Counted from the stretch's first letter, positions 49,976 to 59,693 are shown. The stretch is DNA of 64,000 bases from Candidatus Dormibacteria bacterium (GCA_050010655.1 JBEKKP010000006.1:8716-72715), one strand, 5' to 3'. Translations and numbers: made by a program. Notes: a model not told the origin generated them from the letters alone.

Positions 49976-50218
49976 ATGGAGCTGAATCACCTGACCGCAA
50001 CGGCAGGCCCGCAGGAGGTCGTTGCGAAGATCGACCAGAAGGCGCTCCGGCTGTCGGCGCTGCTGCGGGAGATAGACAACCACCCTATCGAGCTGGAAAC
50101 CGTGCTGCGGGACCAGCTCGATGACGTTCTGGAGATGTTGGCGTGCCGCATCGCCGCGACCAGGACGCTGCTGCACCGGTCCAGCCTCGAATTGACGGGG
50201 GCCGGATCACCCGCATAA
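49976..50218 (+). CDS. Candidate 80-aa helical protein of unknown function
   Basis: ATG at 49976 is preceded by GGAGGA (49965..49970) at ideal spacing. Third-position GC is very high across all 80 codons. This is the tail of an otherwise spurious 886-aa track ORF. Confidence 0.55.
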   Translation: MELNHLTATAGPQEVVAKIDQKALRLSALLREIDNHPIELETVLRDQLDDVLEMLACRIAATRTLLHRSSLELTGAGSPA

Positions 50219-51777
50219 CCGGCGTCGTTCGACGCCTCGGGACGGCGACCGCAGTAGAGGCTGCGGCCGCCGTCCTGATCATCATCGCCGCGATCGTCGT
50301 GCGCTTCTGGGCGCTCGACAACCAGCCCGGCGGGCTTTACCCCGACGAGGCCGCGGAAGGGATCAGCGCACAAAACCTGCTGACGATCCCGGGCTATCAC
50401 CCGGTGTTCTTCAACAGCGACGGCGGGCGAGAAGCGCTGTACGCGTACATCGTCGCCGCGGTCTTCAAGGTCTTCGGCTCGTCGGTGCTCACGCTCCGTG
50501 GTACGGCGGCTGCCGTCGGCGTCGCGGGAGTCATCGCCACCTACGTCGCGGTTCGGCGTTTTGGCCGCGGCCCGGCGCTCATGGCGATGGCGTGGACCGC
50601 CGGCTCGCTCTGGATGATCGCCGTCTCGCGTGACGGGTTCAGGAACATCCTCACCGTGCTGGTCGGCGCCGCGGCCCTTGCGGCGTTGCTGCGCTGGGGC
50701 GACCGACCTTCGAGGGCCACGGGCGCCATCGCTGGAGTGGCCGTGGCACTGGGATTCTGGGTGTATCAACCGCTGAAGCTGTTGCCATTGCTCGCGATCC
50801 TCTGGCTGATCTGGATGTGGGCGCGTGACCGCGAGCGCTTTCGAGCGCTCAAAAGCACATTCCTCTGGGCCGGCGTCGCATTTGCGGTGGTCGTTGCCCC
50901 GATGGTGTACACGGCCATCACCGATTTCTCGTCGTATTTCGGCCGCGCCGCGTTCGTGTCGGTCTTCAACAGCGGGTCAGGGTCCACGGACAGCTACCCG
51001 GTCCACATCCTCAAAACACTCGGCATGTTCCTCTTCACCGGGGATCCGAACGCGCGCCATGACGTGTCGGCGCTTCCGCTGCTCGGACCCGTGCTGGTGG
51101 TGCCGTTCCTCCTGGGCATCTGGCACTGCTGGCGACGGCGCGACGACCATGGGTATGCGTTGGTCCTCCTGGGGTTGCCCGTGTTTCTGCTTCCTCCGCT
51201 CCTCGCCAACGAGGGTGGCGCGCCACACTTCCTTCGGTCGCTCGGCCTCGAGCCATACGTGGCCGCCTGCATCGGCCTCGGCTGCCTCGAAGGCGTCACA
51301 CTGCTCAGGCGCCTGGCCCCGCACATCTCATGGCCGGAGCGCTCGATGACGAGGAACGCGTGGGCGGTCTGCGCAATCGCAGTGACTGCCCTGGGCATCG
51401 CTTCGGTGGTGACGTACCTCGAGCGCCCTGTCGCCGATCGATATGCCGCGTTCACGTTCGCCGACGTGGCGCTCGCGAATGCGGCAGTGAACAACCCAAC
51501 TGATGGCGGTCCGTCGACGCTGGTGATCCTCGACAGCTATGACGCCATGGATGTCCAGTTCCTCGACGCGGGCAGGCTGCCGACGATCGTCGCGCCGATG
51601 ACCAGGATCGCGAATGCGGCCGTCTACACGTTGATCGTGGCGCCCTCGCGAGCCGATATCGCCGCTGCCGTCGGGTCGGGCATCGCAGCGGACGCTCAAG
51701 TCGGGGCGACCGATCCGCAGGGCAATCCCGTCGTCTTCGAAGTGGTGCCACAACCCGAGGTGCCGTCGCTGCCCTGA
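50143..51777 (+). CDS. Glycosyltransferase family 39 (ArnT/PMT-like GT-C)
   Basis: RFWALDNQPGGLYPDEAAEGISAQNLL and the following loop are typical of GT39, with more than 10 TM segments. The GTG at 50143 overlaps the small ORF by 76 nt, so the true start is uncertain. Confidence 0.8.
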   Translation: MPHRRDQDAAAPVQPRIDGGRITRITGVVRRLGTATAVEAAAAVLIIIAAIVVRFWALDNQPGGLYPDEAAEGISAQNLLTIPGYHPVFFNSDGGREALYAYIVAAVFKVFGSSVLTLRGTAAAVGVAGVIATYVAVRRFGRGPALMAMAWTAGSLWMIAVSRDGFRNILTVLVGAAALAALLRWGDRPSRATGAIAGVAVALGFWVYQPLKLLPLLAILWLIWMWARDRERFRALKSTFLWAGVAFAVVVAPMVYTAITDFSSYFGRAAFVSVFNSGSGSTDSYPVHILKTLGMFLFTGDPNARHDVSALPLLGPVLVVPFLLGIWHCWRRRDDHGYALVLLGLPVFLLPPLLANEGGAPHFLRSLGLEPYVAACIGLGCLEGVTLLRRLAPHISWPERSMTRNAWAVCAIAVTALGIASVVTYLERPVADRYAAFTFADVALANAAVNNPTDGGPSTLVILDSYDAMDVQFLDAGRLPTIVAPMTRIANAAVYTLIVAPSRADIAAAVGSGIAADAQVGATDPQGNPVVFEVVPQPEVPSLP

Positions 51778-51813
51778 CCCGGCGAGCGCCGCAGCCGTCG
51801 TGGAGTCGGCTCT

Positions 51814-53280
51814 ATGGTGGGAACGATGCTGCGCGGATATGCGGGGAAGATCTGGCTGATCACGGGGGTCGGCTTGATTGCGCGCCTTGCGTTGCTGGGA
51901 TACCAGCCGCTCTGGCGAGACGAGGCGTTCACTGCGCTTGCGGTGCAGCGCCCGCTCGGATCGATGATCGACGTCGTCCGCAACGACAGCGCCCCGCCCC
52001 TCTTCTATCTCGTCGAGCGGTTGTTCGCTGTTGTATCGACCAGCCCGGCGATGCTGCGTCTTTTCCCTGTTCTTGTCGGGAGCGCCGCCATTCCGATCAT
52101 TGCGGCGTTGGGACGGCGAGTGGCCGGAGACGCGGGTGGGACCTGGGCGGCGGTGATCGGCGCGGTTGCACCGGCATTGATGGTGAGCTCGCTCGACGCC
52201 CGAATGTATGTGCTTGCCACGACACTTGTGCTCGCCTCGACGCTGTGCTTGCTGCGCGCGCTCGAGCGGCCATCAGGACTCCGCTGGGCGCTCTATGCAG
52301 CGCTCGCGATTCTCGCCGTGTACACCGTGTATTTCGCGCTGTTCGCGGTCTTCGCGCAGGTGGTGACGGTGGCGGTGATCCACCGGCGAAAGCTCGGCAC
52401 GGTGGTGCTCGTCGCGGCCCTCGGCGCGATGACACTGGCAAGCCTTGTCCCCTGGGTCATCGTCGCGCGCGCGCAACTTAGTCACAGTGCCGGCGCGTTC
52501 TGGGTGCCGAGGTTGAGCATCACCAGCGCCCTTGGTGGCCTGGAGCAGTTCTTCACCGGGCCGCCGCTCAACACATGGGTCGCGGGATTCGACGCGCTGC
52601 GCGCGCTCGAACTCGCCGGTGACGCCGCGGGATGTCTCGTGCTCATCGCGCTCTTCGCGTATCGGCGGCGACTCAGCGCTGCAGGTGCAGACGTTGCTCG
52701 ATTCCTCGCGCTTGCCGTCACGATCGGTGTCGGCGTGATGCTGCTCGCGAGCTTCTACCACCCGCTCGAGGACGGCAAGTACCTCAGCACTGCCTGGGCG
52801 CCGCTCTATCCGCTGTTGGGAGCCGGGCTCGCCGTGATGCCCTGGCGCCGCGTTGCGGTCGGCGCTGCGGCACTGACCACCGCGGTGGCTGCAGCGACCG
52901 TCGTCGCCATCACGAACCCGGAGACGCCACTCGCGGTTGCCGCGATCGCGCGAGCTTCGGCGCCGGGTGAGGTGGTGACCGCGTATCCGAGTGAATATCT
53001 CCTCGTCCTCTATTACGCGAACAGCGACATGGGTGCGGTGCGCTCGCTCGCGACCAGCGTTCCGTGGTTCTGGGGTACAGCCGTGTATCCGCCGAACGCG
53101 GTGCTGCACAAAGTGCCTTCGTTCGGCCCCGGCGAAGGCGCCCCGTGGTACGTCTACGAGCCCGGCGACCCCATGCCTCCGGATCGGGGCTCGTACACGG
53201 TCTCGAACACCCGCTGCTGGACGGGGGTGTGTGTCACGATGCTCAGCCCTTCGGGGGCCGGCACTGCTCAGGACGGGTGA
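51814..53280 (+). CDS. Glycosyltransferase family 39 / PMT_2-like mannosyltransferase (GT-C)
   Basis: RLALLGYQPLWRDEAFTALAV..DSAPPLFYLVERLF, polytopic, with a C-terminal hydrophilic domain. Confidence 0.8.
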   Translation: MVGTMLRGYAGKIWLITGVGLIARLALLGYQPLWRDEAFTALAVQRPLGSMIDVVRNDSAPPLFYLVERLFAVVSTSPAMLRLFPVLVGSAAIPIIAALGRRVAGDAGGTWAAVIGAVAPALMVSSLDARMYVLATTLVLASTLCLLRALERPSGLRWALYAALAILAVYTVYFALFAVFAQVVTVAVIHRRKLGTVVLVAALGAMTLASLVPWVIVARAQLSHSAGAFWVPRLSITSALGGLEQFFTGPPLNTWVAGFDALRALELAGDAAGCLVLIALFAYRRRLSAAGADVARFLALAVTIGVGVMLLASFYHPLEDGKYLSTAWAPLYPLLGAGLAVMPWRRVAVGAAALTTAVAAATVVAITNPETPLAVAAIARASAPGEVVTAYPSEYLLVLYYANSDMGAVRSLATSVPWFWGTAVYPPNAVLHKVPSFGPGEGAPWYVYEPGDPMPPDRGSYTVSNTRCWTGVCVTMLSPSGAGTAQDG

Positions 53281-53307
53281 CCGGCGAGTGGGACAAGGAG
53301 GACATCG

Positions 53308-53718
53308 TTGAAGGGCTTTCGTGACTTTCTGAACCAGGGCAACGTCGTGCAGCTCGCGGTCGCATTCATCATCGGCGGCGCGTTCGGGGCCGTGGTCACA
53401 GCGCTCGTTGCCGACGTGATCAATCCAATCATTTCGATTCCGTTCGGCAAGCCCAACTTCGACACGCTCGTGCTGACCATCAACGGCAGCAACATCAAGT
53501 ACGGCACCTTCCTGACGGCGGTGGTCGCATTCATCCTCATCGCAGCGGGTGTGTACTTCTTCTTCGTGATGCCATACAACCGCCTCCAGGCGCGCACGCG
53601 CTCGGCAACGCCGGCCGAATCGAACACGCGGGCCTGCCCGGAATGCCTCAGCATCATCCCCAAGGCGGCGCACCGTTGCTCGGCCTGCACCGCGGTGGTC
53701 GAACCTCAAGCCGCGTAA
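53308..53718 (+). CDS. mscL: Large-conductance mechanosensitive channel with C-terminal zinc-ribbon-like tail
   Basis: TTG start with AAGGAGG at 53295..53301. MKGFRDFLNQGNVVQLAVAFIIGGAFGAVVTALVADVINP. The tail reads CPECLSIIPKAAHRCSAC. Confidence 0.9.
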   Translation: MKGFRDFLNQGNVVQLAVAFIIGGAFGAVVTALVADVINPIISIPFGKPNFDTLVLTINGSNIKYGTFLTAVVAFILIAAGVYFFFVMPYNRLQARTRSATPAESNTRACPECLSIIPKAAHRCSACTAVVEPQAA

Positions 53719-54173
53719 TGGAGTCGTCGACCGCACCTGAGGTGCACGCTGCACACTTGAACGAACTGCGACCGGAGACGCTGCTCGGGATTCTCGCGGT
53801 CCGCCAGGACGTCTTCGTCGTAGAGCAGAACTGCCCGTATCGCGACATCGATGCGCGCGATGCAGAACCCGAGACCATGCAGCTGTGGATCGAGGATGCG
53901 GGTGGTGCGGTGGTGAGCACCCTCCGGCTGCTGACAGAGCCGGACTCAGGTCATCGGATTGGGCGCGTCGCGACGCTCGCCGCCGCTCGAGGTCGTGGTT
54001 ATTCGGGCGCGCTGCTGCGACGCGCGATCGAGCTGTCCGGTCCGCCGATCGTGCTCAGCGCTCAGGCATATCTCATCGACTGGTACGCGCAATTCGGCTT
54101 CGCGGTCTGCGGCGAGCACTGGATCGAGGACGGCATCGACCATGCGCCGATGCGCCTCGACGTCAGGCGGTGA
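53718..54173 (+). CDS. GNAT family N-acetyltransferase (ElaA-like)
   Basis: The start is trimmed to the ATG at 53718 (TAATG junction with mscL). It has ILAVRQDVFVVEQNCPYRDIDARD and RGRGYSGALL. Confidence 0.8.
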   Translation: MESSTAPEVHAAHLNELRPETLLGILAVRQDVFVVEQNCPYRDIDARDAEPETMQLWIEDAGGAVVSTLRLLTEPDSGHRIGRVATLAAARGRGYSGALLRRAIELSGPPIVLSAQAYLIDWYAQFGFAVCGEHWIEDGIDHAPMRLDVRR

Positions 54174-56598
54174 CGATGTTCACGATGCGGTCGACGACCG
54201 CGATCACCTTTGCGGGCGCGCGTCCGTCCAGCAACTCGATGACGCGCGGATGGACGAGCGCGAGCTCGGTCAGCTTGGCTTCAGACGTCCCCGCGTCGAC
54301 TTCGAACTCGCCACGACGCTTGCCGTTGACGGTGATCGCGATACTCGCTCTGAGCGGGACTGCAAGCTCAGCGTCATAGGCGGGCCACGTGCCGCGCGCG
54401 TGTACCGAGTCTTCGTGACCGGTGCGCTCCCACAACTCCTCGGTCACGAAGGGCGCGAACGGCGAGAGCAATTTCAGGAGCGTGTCGGCGTCGACTCGCC
54501 GCCCGGTTCCCGTCGCGGACTCGTGATCGAGATCCCGCGCGAACTCCATGAGCTGGGAGATCGCCGTGTTGTATCGCAACTCAGCGATGTCATCCTCGAC
54601 GGTCTTGATGAGCCGGTGGCGCCTGCGCTCCTTCGCTTCGTCGCGAACGTCATCGACCGTGGCACGCTGCGTCGCTCGCCACACCCGGTTGAGGAACCGC
54701 GGCATTCCAGCGATGCCCTTTTCGCGGAAATCTCCGCCGAGTGTGTATGGGCCGAGGTACATCATGAAAAGACGGAGCGAGTCCGCGCCGTACGTGTCGA
54801 TGTACTCGTCGGGGTTTCTCACGTTGCCCCTGCTCTTCGACATCTTGGCCCCGTCAAGAATCAGCATCCCGTGCGCGCGAAACCGCGTGTACGGCTCCGG
54901 CACGGGCACGATTCCCATGTCGTAGAGGGCGCGCATGACAAAGCGTGCGTAGAGGAGATGGCGCACGGCGTGCTCGTTGCCGCCGATGTACATGTTCACC
55001 GGCAACCACGTGTCCGTCCGATCCTTGTCGAAGGGGACGTCGTCGAAATCGGTCGACGGGTAGCGAAGGTGATACCACGCCGAGTCGAGGAACGTGTCGC
55101 TCACGTCGGTCTCGCGACGCGCCGGGCCACCGCACTTCGGACAGGTGACGTTCACCCAGTCCTCAACCGTCGCGAGCGGTGAGAGGCCGGTCCCACGTGG
55201 CCGGAAATCCTCAACGTCGGGGAGCAGCACGGGAAGATCCTCTTCGGGCACGGCAACCGGGCCGTCCGTCGGGCAGTGAATGATCGGAATCGGCGGCCCC
55301 CAGTACCGCTGCCGCGAGATGAGCCAGTCACGAAGCTTGTACTGCACGCTCGGCTCGCCGCGACGCGCTTCGCTGAGGCGCTCGACGATATGCCGCTTGC
55401 CGTCCTCGACAGACTCGCCGGTGAATTCGCCGCTGTTGACGAGCGTCCCGCCGCCGCTGTACGGAGCATCGGCGACGTTCCCGCCACTGATGACTTCAAC
55501 GATCGGCAGATCGTGCGCACGCGCGAACGCCCAGTCGCGTGCATCGTGCCCAGGGACGGCCATGATCGCTCCGGTGCCGTAGCCACCGAGGACGTATGGC
55601 GCCGCCCACACGGGGATGTGCGCACCGGTCAGCGGATGGATCGCGTACGACCCGAGGTCCATGCCGATGGAGAAGTCGGGTTCGGTCGTCGCCGGCGGGA
55701 ACTTGTTGCGCCAGGCGTTGACCTCGCCCATGCGTTCCGGGGGAACGAAATCCTCCAGCTCGGGATGGTCGGCGCCAATCACGAGGAACGTCGCGCCAAA
55801 GAGCGTGTCAGGACGCGTCGTGTACACGGTCACGTCCTTGCGCCGGCATCCCTCGAGGTCGAAGAGGATCGTGGCGCCGTCACTGCGCCCGATCCAGTTG
55901 CGCTGCATGGTCTTGGTCGACTCCGACCAGTCGAGCGTGTCGAGCGCATCGAGGAGTTGCTGCGCGTAGCGCGTGATCTTGATCCACCACTGACGGAGGT
56001 AGCGCGTCTGCACGACGGTGTGGCAGCGCTCGCAGCGCCCCTGCTCGACCTGCTCGTCGGCAAGAACGGTGAGGCACGACGGACACCAGTTGACGGCCCC
56101 CTCGCGCCATTCGATGAGTCCGGCGTTGAACAGGCGGACGAAAATCCACTGCGTCCAGTGGTAGTACGCGGGGTCGGCCGTGTTGACCTGGTGGCTCCAG
56201 TCGAACATCGACCCGATCCGCTTGAGCTGGTTCTCACGGAAGTTGGCGACCGCTCGGCGCATGACAACGGCGGGGTGCTCGCCGATCTTCATCGCGTAGT
56301 TCTCGGAGTGGATGCCGAACGCGTCGAACCCCATCGGCTCGAACACGGTGTCGCCCATGAGGCGCCGCCACCGGCCGAAGATGTCGCCACCGGCGAACGG
56401 GATGATGTGCCCGACGTGCAACCCCTCGGCCGAGGGGTACGGGAACATCATCAGGTTGTAGAAGGGGCGATCCGGCTCGTCGAGCTCAGTCCGGTAGTCG
56501 CCACGCTCTTCCCAGATCCGCCGCCAGCGTGCTTCCACCGTGGCGTGGTCGTACGCATCGAGGTGGTCGGCGTTGGGCTCGACAGGCGCGGTTTCCAT
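54163..56598 (-). CDS. leuS: Leucine--tRNA ligase
   Basis: The start is trimmed to the ATG at 56598 (METAPVEPNADHLD). It has FPYPSAEGLHVGH (HIGH) and KMSKSRGN (KMSKS). Confidence 0.95.
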   Translation of the reverse strand: METAPVEPNADHLDAYDHATVEARWRRIWEERGDYRTELDEPDRPFYNLMMFPYPSAEGLHVGHIIPFAGGDIFGRWRRLMGDTVFEPMGFDAFGIHSENYAMKIGEHPAVVMRRAVANFRENQLKRIGSMFDWSHQVNTADPAYYHWTQWIFVRLFNAGLIEWREGAVNWCPSCLTVLADEQVEQGRCERCHTVVQTRYLRQWWIKITRYAQQLLDALDTLDWSESTKTMQRNWIGRSDGATILFDLEGCRRKDVTVYTTRPDTLFGATFLVIGADHPELEDFVPPERMGEVNAWRNKFPPATTEPDFSIGMDLGSYAIHPLTGAHIPVWAAPYVLGGYGTGAIMAVPGHDARDWAFARAHDLPIVEVISGGNVADAPYSGGGTLVNSGEFTGESVEDGKRHIVERLSEARRGEPSVQYKLRDWLISRQRYWGPPIPIIHCPTDGPVAVPEEDLPVLLPDVEDFRPRGTGLSPLATVEDWVNVTCPKCGGPARRETDVSDTFLDSAWYHLRYPSTDFDDVPFDKDRTDTWLPVNMYIGGNEHAVRHLLYARFVMRALYDMGIVPVPEPYTRFRAHGMLILDGAKMSKSRGNVRNPDEYIDTYGADSLRLFMMYLGPYTLGGDFREKGIAGMPRFLNRVWRATQRATVDDVRDEAKERRRHRLIKTVEDDIAELRYNTAISQLMEFARDLDHESATGTGRRVDADTLLKLLSPFAPFVTEELWERTGHEDSVHARGTWPAYDAELAVPLRASIAITVNGKRRGEFEVDAGTSEAKLTELALVHPRVIELLDGRAPAKVIAVVDRIVNIVTA

Positions 56599-56703
56599 GG
56601 ATAAAGGGTATCCCGAGAACAGGCCCAGCCCAAACCGCGCGCCGACCGCGCCCCGATTCAGCCGGGTTGGCGCCGCGGCGGGCGCGAGTACACTCGGGCG
56701 CTC

Positions 56704-57900
56704 ATGGAACGAGATCAGCCACGTATCGAGATCCGCGACGTGCAAGGCGAGCCGGAGCTCCGACGCTTTGCGGAAGTCGACGCCCAGTCGTTCGCCGGCG
56801 ATGTTGCGATCAACATGGGCTGGCTCCTCGCCGCTGCACCACACGCTCCGATACGGCTGGCGCACATGGACGGCGAGATCGTCGGCGGCTACATGCTCCT
56901 GCCGGGCGGTCAGTTCTTCGGTGGGAAGTCGGTGCCTGCGCATGGAGTCACTGCCGTCGCGGTGCACCCGGCGTGGCGGCGCCGCGGCGTCGCAGGTGCG
57001 CTCATGCGCGACGGCATCCGTCTGGCTCGCGAGAACGGGGCCGCCCTTGCGCCACTCCATGCCGCGACGGTCCGCCTCTACCGGCGCTGGGGTTGGGAGG
57101 TCTGCTCCCTGACGACGCGGCAGGTCGTTCAGACCGCAGCGCTGACCGGTCTTTCCGGCGAGGGCAACGTCCGGAGCAAGCCCGACCGCGCTGCCGTCGA
57201 GGCGATGCGGCGCGCTCACCTTGCGCAGTGGGACGGTCCGCTGGACCGCGCCGATTGGTTCCTGTCAGTCGAGTGGGATGCCGGCGATCCTGAAACGTCG
57301 CGCTACGAATATGGGTGGTACGAAGGGGATCTCCTGACCGGGTACGTGCGCTACAGCTCCGCGCGTGAGGCGGACTCGATACCGATTCGGGTCCAGGAGT
57401 TCATCTTCACCACGCAGGATGCGCTTCGCGGTCTGCTGGGATTCCTCGGCGCGCACGAGTCGATGAGCCGCGACGTGTACTTCGGGCACTCTGCACTGCC
57501 CGACGCCTCGCCGCTGCTCTGGTTGCTTCCCGAGCCACATCGGCCTCTCGAGATGCAGGGCTTCCTCTGCTGGATGCAGCGCATCGTCGATATCGATGCG
57601 GCGATGCGCGCGCGAGGTTGGCCCGCACGGGCTGCCGGTCGCGCGGAGCTCGAGGTCACAGACCCGGTCACCGGCGTCGAGCGCTTCGTGCTCGAGGTCG
57701 AAGGCGGAGCCGGCCGGGTCACCCCCGGAGGGAGCGGCACGATTCGCTGCGGCATCGGCACGCTCTCCGCCTGGTACTCGAGTGCGCTTCGTGCGCAGGA
57801 TGCGGTGCGCCTCGGCCTGCTGGAAGGGGAACCGTCGGCGATCCGCGCGATGGACGGCCTCATCGCCGGAGGCCTTCCGTGGATGCCCGACTTCTTCTGA
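56704..57900 (+). CDS. GNAT acetyltransferase with SCP2-like C-terminal domain (Eis-like)
   Basis: 398 aa with HGVTAVAVHPAWRRRGVAGALM (acetyl-CoA site). The three-domain length and layout match Eis-family enzymes. Confidence 0.7.
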   Translation: MERDQPRIEIRDVQGEPELRRFAEVDAQSFAGDVAINMGWLLAAAPHAPIRLAHMDGEIVGGYMLLPGGQFFGGKSVPAHGVTAVAVHPAWRRRGVAGALMRDGIRLARENGAALAPLHAATVRLYRRWGWEVCSLTTRQVVQTAALTGLSGEGNVRSKPDRAAVEAMRRAHLAQWDGPLDRADWFLSVEWDAGDPETSRYEYGWYEGDLLTGYVRYSSAREADSIPIRVQEFIFTTQDALRGLLGFLGAHESMSRDVYFGHSALPDASPLLWLLPEPHRPLEMQGFLCWMQRIVDIDAAMRARGWPARAAGRAELEVTDPVTGVERFVLEVEGGAGRVTPGGSGTIRCGIGTLSAWYSSALRAQDAVRLGLLEGEPSAIRAMDGLIAGGLPWMPDFF

Positions 57901-57901
57901 G

Positions 57902-58492
57902 TTAGGCCGGGTTCGCCGCTCGCGCATCGCGGAGCGCGTGCGCCCACCACGCGAGATCGTCGAGCATCGCGGTGGTGTTCGTGTTGAGCAGATCGGGGTC
58001 CTTCAGATTGCCCTCAGCGTCGAAGAGGCGCGGTGCGAGCTGCAGCGCAACCGAAGGACGGATCGGCGCCATCTGGAGCTCGATCGCGACCGTACGCAAC
58101 TGCTCCACGGAGCGAGTGCCGGCAGCCCATCCGCCGTAGCTCACGAAAGCAATGGGTTTGCGAATCCACTCGCGATACACGGCGTCGAGCGCACTCTTCA
58201 GCACGGCCGGATAGCCGTGGTTGTACTCAGGCGTGATGACAACGAAGCCGTCTGCGGGGCCGATGATGTCCGCCCAGCGCTGTGCCATTTCGCCGTACTC
58301 GATTCTCATCGGAGGAAGCGAGTGGTCGTAGTACGGAAAGAGCCAATCGCGGAGGTCGACGAACTGGAAGGTGAGGTCGGCACGCTCCGCGCTTCGTGTC
58401 AGGAACCACCGGGCGACGGTCTCGCCAAACCGGTTGTCGCGCGTGCTGCCAAGGATGACCACGATGTGCGGCCGGTCCGGGGCTGTTGTCAT
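57902..58492 (-). CDS. NADPH-dependent FMN reductase
   Basis: The start is trimmed to the ATG at 58492 (MTTAPDRPHIVVILGSTRDNRFG). It has VVITPEYNHGYPAVLKSALD. Confidence 0.8.
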   Translation of the reverse strand: MTTAPDRPHIVVILGSTRDNRFGETVARWFLTRSAERADLTFQFVDLRDWLFPYYDHSLPPMRIEYGEMAQRWADIIGPADGFVVITPEYNHGYPAVLKSALDAVYREWIRKPIAFVSYGGWAAGTRSVEQLRTVAIELQMAPIRPSVALQLAPRLFDAEGNLKDPDLLNTNTTAMLDDLAWWAHALRDARAANPA

Positions 58493-58556
58493 CGACGCGG
58501 GACGATACCGGATCGGCCGCGCTGGACAGCCCGCACCGGTCACTAAGATCGGGACG

Positions 58557-59693
58557 ATGCCTGACAAGACGCTTCTCCCGCTTCGACTCGCGCGCCTGCG
58601 ATCGCAGCATCTCACCGATTCGTCGCGACTCGATGCGGACGTCGCTGCGGTGACTCGTGCCGTGTGCGTCATCCAGGCGCAGTCGTTCGACGCAGCGCGG
58701 CATCAGATTCGTGTGCGCAGCGCCGGCCTCACGGCCGCCGCCGTGGATCGCGCGTTCGCGGAGGAGCGCTCGGTTGTGCGGACCTGGTTGATGCGCGGCA
58801 CGTGGCATCTCTGCGCACTGGACGACGTGCGCTGGCTCGTCAGCATCTTCGGACCCGTCATCAACCAGCTTGGTGCGGCGCGCATGCGGAATCTCGGTCT
58901 CGACCCCGACACATGCGCGCGCGGTGTTGGCGTGATCCGCAAGGCACTCGCCGGCGGCCCGATGGCGCGGCGTGAGATCCGCACACGACTCGTCACCGCG
59001 GGAGTGCTCGAGGAGCCTGTGGGCCAGACGATGATGCATCTGATCTTTCATGCAGCCGCGCTCGGCGTCGTCTGCTCCGGTCCGCGCATCGGCCGCGACG
59101 ACAGCTTCGTGCTGCTGGACGACTGGGTGCCGAAGTCGAAGGGACCGCGTGGTGAGGCCGCCCTTGCGGAGCTGGCCCGTCGCTACTTCGCTGCCTACGG
59201 TCCGGCGAGCGCTGCCGACTTCGCCGCGTGGTCGCATCTGAAGGTGGGGCTGATCCGCGCCGCAATGACGGCCGTCGGGTCGGAGTTGGTCGAGTTCCCG
59301 GGCCCGATCCGGGGCCTCTGGACGCTCGGACCGGCAGTCGCTGATCCCGAGATCAAAGGCCCCGAGGTCCGGCTCCTCGGGCACTTCGACACATTCCTGC
59401 TCGGCTACAAACGTCGCGAGCACCACGGCGGTCCGGACGCGGAGAACTGGATCCACGATGGCGGTGGTGGCTGGATCCGCCCCGTGGTCTGCGTGGACGG
59501 CTGGTTCCTCGGCGGGTGGCAGATGGAGCAGACTGCACATGAGATCGAGGTCAAGGTCATGCCGTTCGATCGGATCGCCCGCAGCGCCGATCCGGCGATC
59601 GGCCGTGAGGTCGCATCGATCGGCCGTTTCCTGGAGCGGCCGGCACGGTGGTCGCGCGGCCCCTTGGTAGGCTTCAATCCCACGCCGACGTAG
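58557..59693 (+). CDS. Winged-helix DNA-binding domain protein (DUF1006/AlkZ-like)
   Basis: The start is trimmed to the ATG at 58557 (MPDKTLLPLRLARLRSQHL). It has VCVIQAQSFDAARHQIRVRS, RTWLMRGTWHL and C-terminal GGWIRPVVCVDGWFLGGW. The last 10 nt overlap the 5' acceptor stem of tRNA-Thr. Confidence 0.7.
   Translation: MPDKTLLPLRLARLRSQHLTDSSRLDADVAAVTRAVCVIQAQSFDAARHQIRVRSAGLTAAAVDRAFAEERSVVRTWLMRGTWHLCALDDVRWLVSIFGPVINQLGAARMRNLGLDPDTCARGVGVIRKALAGGPMARREIRTRLVTAGVLEEPVGQTMMHLIFHAAALGVVCSGPRIGRDDSFVLLDDWVPKSKGPRGEAALAELARRYFAAYGPASAADFAAWSHLKVGLIRAAMTAVGSELVEFPGPIRGLWTLGPAVADPEIKGPEVRLLGHFDTFLLGYKRREHHGGPDAENWIHDGGGGWIRPVVCVDGWFLGGWQMEQTAHEIEVKVMPFDRIARSADPAIGREVASIGRFLERPARWSRGPLVGFNPTPT

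Noticed and set aside
47558-50218. 886-aa plus-strand ORF, the longest in the region
   Set aside because: It runs antisense to the well-supported ABC ATPase and tig genes and straight across tRNA-Leu. Its translation is Arg/Gly/Asp/Val-rich low-complexity sequence typical of GC-driven shadow frames. I kept only its last 80 codons (49976..50218), which have an SD and coding-like wobble GC, as a candidate gene.
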